A stretch of DNA of 64,000 nucleotides from the human T2T-CHM13v2.0 reference genome, Homo sapiens, in assembly GCF_009914755.1 (NCBI RefSeq), contig NC_060935.1; one strand, written 5' to 3'. The first letter of the stretch is position 1. The number at the start of each line of letters is the position of its first letter. A program made the translations under genes and the position numbers. Shown here one piece after another: positions 56,635-64,000 of this stretch. Under the pieces are notes generated by a model. The model searched no databases. It had not been told where the DNA came from and saw nothing but the letters and a program-made list of their open reading frames with translations.

Positions 56635-56908
56635 CCCTTATTTCCACGCCCTGACCTCTTATCTCTGTGCCCCAATCCTTTATTTCCGTGCCCTGACCTC
56701 TTATTTCTGTGCCCTGATCCCTTACTTCCATGCCCCGACCTCTTATCTCTGCACCCTGATCCCTTATTTCCATGCCCCGACCTCTTATCTCTGCACCCTG
56801 ATCCCTTATTTCCATGCCCCGACCTCTTATCTCTGCACCCCAACCCCTTATTTCTGCGCCCTGACCTCTTATCTCTGTGCCCCAACCCCTTATTTCCATG
56901 CCCTGACC
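56635..56908 (+). repeat. 42-bp (2x21) minisatellite, ~6.5 copies, in the HERV-H leader
   Basis: Unit cccttatttccatgccccgacctcttatctctgcaccctgat repeated from 56635. Confidence 0.95.
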
Positions 56909-56998
56909 CCTTTCCTGCTTTTCTGGAAGGTAAGAACCCCCGAACCCCTTCCCTCCGTGTCTCTACTCTCCCTTTTCTTTAAACTTGCCTCCTTCACT

Positions 56999-59506
56999 AT
57001 AGGCAAACTTCCACCCTCCATTCCTCCTTCTTCTCCCTTAGCCTGTGTTCTTAAAAACCTAAAACCTCTTCAACTCACACCTGACCTAAAACCTAAATGC
57101 CTTATCTTCTTCTGCAACACCGCTTGGCCCCAATACAAACTTGACAATGGCTCTAAATGGCCAGAAAACGGCACTTTCGATTTCTCCATCCTACAAGACC
57201 TAAATAATTTTTGTCGAAAAATAGGCAAATGGTCTGAGGTGCCTTACGTCCAGGCATTTTTCACGCTTCGTTCCCTCCCTAGTCTCTGTTCCCAATGCGA
57301 TTCCTCCCAAATCCTCCTTCTTTCCCTCCCGCCTGTCCCCTTAGTCCCAACCCCAAGCGTTGCTGAGTCTTTCCAGTCTTCCTTTTCTACAGACCCATCT
57401 GACTTTTCCCCTCCTCCCCAGGCTGCTCGTTGCCAAGACAAGTCCCAATTCCTCCTCAGCCTCCTCTCCTCCACCCTGTAATCCTTCTACCACCTCCCCT
57501 CCTCACACCCTGTCCGGCTTACAGTTTAGTTCTGTGACTAGTTCTTCCCCACCTGCCCAACAATTTCCTCTTAGAGAGGTGGCTGGAGCTGAAGGCATAG
57601 TCAAAGTACATTTACCTTTTTCTCTATCAGACCTCTCTCAGATCAGTCAGCGTTTAGGCTCTTTCTCATCAGACCCCACTAAATATATACAGGAATTCCA
57701 ATATTTAACTCTGTCCTACAATTTAACCTAAAGTGACTAAAATGTCACCCTGACTTCTACCCTCTCCCCAGATGAACGGGAAAGAGATTTTCTCAAGTCC
57801 AATCTCACGCTGATAACCGCTGGCTTCACGAGCCAGGCCTCCAGGAAGGCATTAGAGCAGTTTCCTGAGAGGATCCCCAATGGAACTACCAGGCAAATTC
57901 CCCAGGTATAGCTAGGCGAGATTACGTGATTTCCTGCCTAGTTGAAGGGCTTAAAAAGGCAGCTTACAAAGCTGTTAATTATGACAAGCTTAAAGAAATT
58001 ACCCAAAGTAAGTGGGCAAAGGATATGAACAGACACTTCTCAAAAGACGACATTTATGCAGCCAAAAAACCCATGAAAAAATGCTCATCATCACTGGCCA
58101 TCAGAGAAATGCAAATCAAAACAACAATGAGATTGCATCTCACACCAGTTAGAATGGCGATCATTAGAAAGTCAGGAAACAACAGGTGCTGGAGAGGATG
58201 TGGAGAAATAGGAACACTTTTACACTGTTGGTGGGACTGTAAACTAGTTCAACCATTGTGGAAGACAGTGTGGCGATTCCTCAGGGATGTAGAACTAGCA
58301 ATACCATTTGACCCCGCCATCCCATTACTGGGTATATACCCAAAGTATTATAAATCATGCTGCTATAAAGACACATGCACACGTATGTTTATTGCGGCAC
58401 TATTCACAACAGCAAAGACTTGGAACCAACCTGAATGTCCAACAACCATAGACTGGATTAAGAAAATGTGGCACATACACACCATGGAATACTATGCAGC
58501 CATAAAAAATGATGAGTTCACGTCCTTTGTAGGGACATGGATGAAACTGGAAACCATCATTCTCAGCAAACTATCACAAGGACAAAAAACCAAACACCGC
58601 GTGTTCTCACTTATAGGCGGGAATTGAACAATGAGAACACATGGACACAGGAAGGGGAACATCACACACCGGGGACTGTTGTGGGGTGAGGGGAGGGGGG
58701 AGGGATAGCATTGGGAGATATACCTAATGCTAAATGACGAGTTAATGGGTGCAGCACACCAGCATGGCACATGTATACATATGTAACAAACCTGCACGTT
58801 GTGCACAGGTACCCTAAAACTTAAAGTATAATAATCATAATGAAAAATAAATAAATAAAGTATATTCCTCAAAAAAAAAAAAAAAAAGAAAGAAACTACC
58901 CAAAGTAAAGACGGAAACCCAGCCCCGTTCATGGCCCACTTAGCAGCCAACCCTTAGACGCTAAACCGCCCTAGACCCAGGAAGGCCAGAAGGCCGCCTT
59001 ATTCTTAATATGCATCTTATCACCCAATCCACTCCTGACATTAGGAAAAAACTTCAAAAATTAGAATCTGGCCCTCAAACCCCACAACAGGAATTAATCG
59101 ACCTCGCCTTCAAGGTGTATAATAATAGAGAGGAAGCAGCCAGACGGCAACACATTTCTAAGTTACAATTACTTGCCTCTGCTGTGAGAAAAAAACCAGC
59201 CACACCTCCAGCATTCAAGAACTTCAGAATGCCTAAGCCGCACACACCTAAGCTCAGCAGTCAAGCATTCCTACAAGACTTCCTCCATCACGATCTTGCT
59301 TCAAGTGCCAGAAATCTGGCCACTGGGCCAAGGAATGCCCGCAGCCCAGGATTCCTTCCAAGCCATGTCCTATCTGTGCAGGGACCCACTGGAAGGCAGA
59401 CTGCCCAGCTCACCCGGCAGCCACTCCTAGAGCCCCTAAAGCTCTAGCCCAAGGCTCTCTGACTGACTCCTTCCCAGATCTGCTCGGCTTAGTGACTGAA
59501 GATTGA
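56999..59506 (+). pseudogene. gag: HERV-H gag (defective; split by an L1)
   Basis: ATA GGC AAA at the expected MGN start; MA FFCNTAWPQY..WPENGTFD; CA DPTKYIQEF, YNLT*; NC knuckle CFKCQKSGHWAKEC 59297-59338; TGA 59504-59506; several stops and frameshifts. Confidence 0.9.
58010..58888 (+). mobile_element. 5'-truncated L1PA (L1PA3-like) inserted in HERV-H gag
   Basis: ORF2 C-terminus [12 protein letters not shown]...SLIGGN*, L1 3'UTR, poly-A; TSD aaagaaa(t/c)tacccaaagtaa at 57992-58011 and 58889-58908; TT|AAAG endonuclease site. Confidence 0.96.
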
Positions 59507-62500
59507 CACTGCCTGATCGCCTCAGAAGCCCCCTGGACCATCACGGATGCCAAGCTTCAGGTAACTCTCACAGTGGAGGGTACGTCCATCCCGTTTAATC
59601 GATACGGGGGCTACCCACTCCACATTACCTTCTTTCCAAGGGCCTGTTTCCTTTGCCCCCATAACTGTTGTAAGTATTGACGGCCAAGCTTCAAAACCCC
59701 TGAAAACTCCCCTACTCTGGTGCCAACTTAGACAACACTCTTTTATGCACTCTTTTTTAGTTATCCCCACCTGCCCAGTTCCCTTATTAGGCTGAGATAT
59801 TTTAACCAAATTATCTGCTTCCCTGACTATTCCTGGACTACAGCCGCATCTCATTGCCGCCCTTCTAACCCAAACCCTCCTTCGCGTCTTCCTCTCGTAT
59901 CCCCCCACCTTAACCCACAAGTATGGGACATCTCTACTCCTTCCCTGGCAACCGATCACATGCCCATTACCATCCCATTAAAACCTAACCACCCTTACCC
60001 CGCTCAACGCCAATATCCCATCCCATAGCACGCTTTAAAAGGATTAAAGCCTGTTATCACTCGCCTGGTACAGCATGGGCTTCTAAAACCTATAAACTCT
60101 CCTTACAATTCCCCCATTTTACCTGTCCAAAAACCAGACAAGTCTTACAGATTAGTTCAGGATCTGTGCCTTATCAACCAAATTGTTTTGCCTATCCACC
60201 CTGTGCTGCCCAACCCGTACACTCTTTTGTCCTCAATACCTTCCTCCACAACTCACTCTTCCATTCTTGATCTTAAAGATGCCCTTTTCACTATTCCCCT
60301 GCACCCCTCGTCCCAGCCTCTCTTTGCTTTCACCTGGACTGACCCTGACACCCATCAGTCCCAGCGGCTTACCTGGGCTGTGCTGCCACAAGGTTTCAAG
60401 GACAGCCCTCATTACTTCAGCCAAGCTCTTTCTCATGATTTACTTTCTTTCCACACCTCCGCTTCTCACCTTATTCAATATATTGATGATCTTCTTCTTT
60501 GTAGCCCCTCCTTTGAATCTTCTCAACAAGACACACTTCTGCTTCTTCAGCATTTATTCTCCAAAAGATATCAGGTATCCCCCTTCAAAGTTCAAATTTC
60601 TTCCCCACCTGTTACCTACCTCGGCATAATTCTTCATAAAAACACATGTGCTCTCCCTGCTGATCGTGTCCGACTGATCTCTCAAACCCCAACCCCTTCT
60701 ACAAAACAACAACTCCTTTCCTTCCTGGGCATGGTTGGATACTTTCGCCTTCAGATACCTAGTTTTGCCATCCTAACAAAACCATTATATAAACTCACAA
60801 AAAAAACCCTAGTTGACCCCATAGATCCTAAATCCTTTCCCCACTCCTCTTTCTGTTCCTTGAAGACAGCTTTAGAGACTGCCCCCACCCAGGCTCTCCC
60901 TGACTCATCCCCACTCTTTTCATTACACACAGCCGCAGTGCAGCGCTGTGCAGTCAGAATTCTTACACAAGGACCAGGATCGCATCCTGTAGCCTTTTTG
61001 TCCAAACAACTTGACCTCACTGTTTTAGGCTGGCCATCATGTCTCTGTGCAGCGGCTGCTGCAGCCCTAATACTTTTAGAGGCCCTCAAAATCACAAACT
61101 ATGCTCAACTCACTCTCTACAGCTCTCATGATTTCCAAAATCTATTTTCTTCCTCACACCTGACACATATACTTTCTGCTCCCTGGCTCCTTCAGCTGTA
61201 CTCACTCTTTGTTAAGTCCCACAATTACCATTGTTCCTGGCCCAGACTTCAATCCAGCCTCCCACATTATTCCAGATACCACACCTGACCCTCATGACTG
61301 CATCTCTCTGATCCACCTGACGTTCACCCCATTTCCCCACATTGCCTTCTTCCCTATTTCTCACCCTGATCACACTTAGTTTACTGATGGCAGTTCCACC
61401 AGGCCTAATCACCACTCACCAGCAAAGGCAGGCTATGCTATACTATCTTCCACATCTATCATTAAGGCTACCGCTCTGCACGCCTCCACTACCTCTCAGC
61501 AAGCCGAACTAGTTGCCTTAACTGAAGCCCTCACTCTTGCAAAAAGACTACACGTCAATATCTATACTGATTCTAAATATGCCTTTCATATTCTGCACCA
61601 CCATGCGGTCATATGGGCTGAAAGAGGTTTCCTCACTACACAAGGGTCCTCCATCATTAATGCCTCTTTAATAAAAACTCTACTCAAGGCCGCTTTACTT
61701 CCAAAGGAAGCTGGAGTCATTCACTGCAAGAGGCATCAAAAGGCGTCAGATCCCATTGCTCTAAGCAACACTTATGCTGATAAAGTAGCTAGACAAGCAG
61801 CTAGCTTTCCAAATTCTGTCTCTCACAGCAACACTTATGCTGATAAAGTAGCTAGACAAGCAGCTAGCTCTGCAACTTCTGTCCCTCACGGCCAGTTTTT
61901 CTCCTTCACATCAGTCACTCCCACCTACTCCCCCGCTGAAACTTCCACCTGTCAATCTCTTCCCACACAAGGCAAATAGTTCTTAGACCAAGGAAAATAT
62001 CTCCTTCCAGCCTCACAAGCCCATTCTATTCTGTCGTCATTTCATAACCTCTTCCATGTAAGTTACAAGCCACTAGCCCGTCTCTTAGAACCTCTCATTT
62101 CCTTTCCATCATAGAAATCTATCCTCAAGGAGATCACTTCTCAGTGTTCCATCTGCTATTCTACTACCCCTCAAGGATTGTTCAGACCCCTCCCTTCCCT
62201 ACACATCAAGCTCAAAGATTTGCCCCCGCCCAGGACTGGCAAATTGACTTTACTCACATGCCTCAAGTCAGAAAACTAAAATATCTTAGTCTAGGTAGAC
62301 ACTTTCACTAGATAAGTAGAGGCCTTCCCCACAGGGTCTGAGAAGGCCACCGCAGTCATTTCTTCCCTTCTGTCAGACATAATTCCTCAGTTTGGCCTTC
62401 CCACCTCTATACAGTCTGATAGCAGACCAGCCTTTACTAGTCAAATCACCCAAGCAGTTTCTCAGGCTCTTGGTATTCAGTAGAACCTTCATATCCCTTA

Positions 62501-63076
62501 CAGTCCTCAATCTTCAGGAAAAGTAGAAAGGACTAATAGTCTTTTAAAGACACACCTCACCAAGCTCAGCCACCAACTTCAAAAAGATTAGTTAGTACTT
62601 TTACCTCTTGCCCTTCTCAGAATTAGAGCCTGTCCTCAAGATGCTACAAGGTACAGTCCATTTGAACTTTTATATAGACGCACTTTCTTGCTTAGCCCCA
62701 ACCTCATCCCAGACACCAGCCCTCTAGGCGACTATCTTCCAGTCCTCCAGCAGGCTAGACAGGAAATTCACCAAGCTGTAATCCTCTCTTGCCTACTCCA
62801 GATCCCCAGCCATAAGAAGACACCCTAGCTAAACGATCAGTTCTTGTTAAAAATCTGACCCCTCAAACTCTACAACCTCGATGGACCGGACCCTACTTAG
62901 TCATCTATAGTACCCTGACTGCCGTCCGCCTGCAGGATCCTCCCCACTAGGTTCACCATTCCAGAATAAAGCTGTGTCCATCGGACAGCCAGCCTAATCC
63001 CTCCTCTTCCTCCTGGAAGTTGCAAGTACTCTCCCCTACTTCCCTTAAACTCACTCCTATTTCTGAAGAACAGTAA
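59507..63076 (+). pseudogene. pol: HERV-H pro-pol (protease, RT, RNase H, integrase; defective)
   Basis: LIDTGA 59595-59612; LPQG and YIDD (60479-60490) in a frame open ~60029-61215; *FTDGSS RNase H; HHCC, WQIDF, QSD, SSGKVE integrase motifs; many TAG stops. Confidence 0.93.
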
Positions 63077-63364
63077 TAACCCTTATGAGCCTAATACATC
63101 CCTTCATTCTATTAGGTCTGTTCGTCCTTACCCTACTTTTTGCAACAAAGAAGTTACCCCCACCACTTAGGCCGAGCCCCAAAAAACTTGTCATCCATAC
63201 TATTTTCTGTCTAGTCATACTCCTATTCTCCGTTTTCAACTACTTATAAATGCCCTACTCTTGTTTACACTGCCAGTTTACACTGTTTCTTCAAGCCATC
63301 ACAGCTGATATCCCTTGGTGCTATCCCCAAACTGCCACTCTTAATTCCCTCTTAAAGTAAGTAG

Positions 63365-64000
63365 ATGATCTTTGCTGGCAGGGCACCCTCCAATACTTCC
63401 ACCCTGATGAAGTTCTATTCTTTACTTTTATACTCACTCTTATTCTCATTCTCATTCTTATGCCACCCTTTACCTCTCCCCAGCTATCTCCACCACACTA
63501 TCAACCTTACCCATTCCCTCCTAGCCACCTCTAATCCCTCCTTAGTGAACAACTGCTGGCTTTGCATTTCCCTTTCTTCCAGTGCCTACACAGCTGTCCC
63601 CACCTTACAGACAGACTAGGCAACATCTCCTGTCTCCTTACACCTCCAAACTTCCTTTAACAGCCCTCACCTTTACCCTCCTGAAGAACTCATTTACTTT
63701 CTAGACAAGTCCAGCAAAACTTCCCCAGACATTTCACATCAGCAAGATGCCGCCCTCCTCCGCACTTATTTAAAAAACATTTCTCCTTATATTAACTCTA
63801 CTCCCCTCATATTTGGACCTCTTACAACACAAACTACTATTCCTGTGGCCGCTCCTTTATGTATCTCTTGGCAAAGACCTACCGGAATTCCCCTAGGTAA
63901 TCTTTCACCTTCTCGATGTTCCTTTACTCTTCATCTCCGAAGCCCAACTACACACATCACTGAAACAATTAAAGCCTTCCAGCTCTGTATTACAGACAAG
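63365..64000 (+). pseudogene. env: HERV-H env N-terminus (signal peptide + SU), one premature stop
   Basis: MIFAGRAPSNTSTLMKFYSLLLYSLLFSF... hydrophobic signal, CWLC motif; TAG at 63617-63619 then open to the window end. Confidence 0.92.

Larger units (their letters stand above)
55591..64000 (+). mobile_element. HERV-H provirus (LTR7-leader-gag-pro-pol-env), runs off the window end
   Basis: LTR7, tRNA-His PBS, gag MA/CA/NC, protease DTG, RT YIDD, RNase H, integrase and env SU in canonical order; C-rich, G-poor + strand. Confidence 0.97.

Noticed and set aside
56635-56908. Regularly spaced repeats superficially like a CRISPR array
   Set aside because: Head-to-tail minisatellite with no unique spacers, inside a primate ERV; no cas genes.
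56520-56982. Three extra repetitive ORFs (GHRDKRS..., EIRGQG..., PDLLSL...) over the HERV-H leader repeat
   Set aside because: By-products of a stop-poor 42-bp tandem repeat being open in several frames.
58492-58950. 152-aa minus-strand ORF
   Set aside because: Antisense reading of the L1 3' end and poly-A tail.

Overview
Human (or great-ape) genomic DNA. Bases 1 to ~48220 are the 3' half of PPP6R3 (SAPS3, protein phosphatase 6 regulatory subunit 3) on the + strand. I read 14 GT-AG coding exons that splice in phase into 497 codons plus stop ([10 protein letters not shown]...DTSVNGPV*). There is also an 18-nt microexon, several in-frame alternative acceptors, and a ~2.2 kb 3'UTR with three AATAAA signals. 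The introns and downstream region carry many Alu, L1, L2, MIR and Tigger/MER elements. From 55591 to the window end lies an env-containing HERV-H provirus (LTR7, tRNA-His PBS, gag-pro-pol-env) inserted in an old L1. It shows a strong GG>AG/AA hypermutation signature of the APOBEC3G type and is interrupted in the gag major homology region by a 5'-truncated L1PA fused in frame to gag. I find no new multi-gene system. The best leads are the hypermutated provirus and candidate PPP6R3 coding segments whose annotation status I cannot check here. Gene and repeat names come from recognising sequence and motifs, not from database searches.
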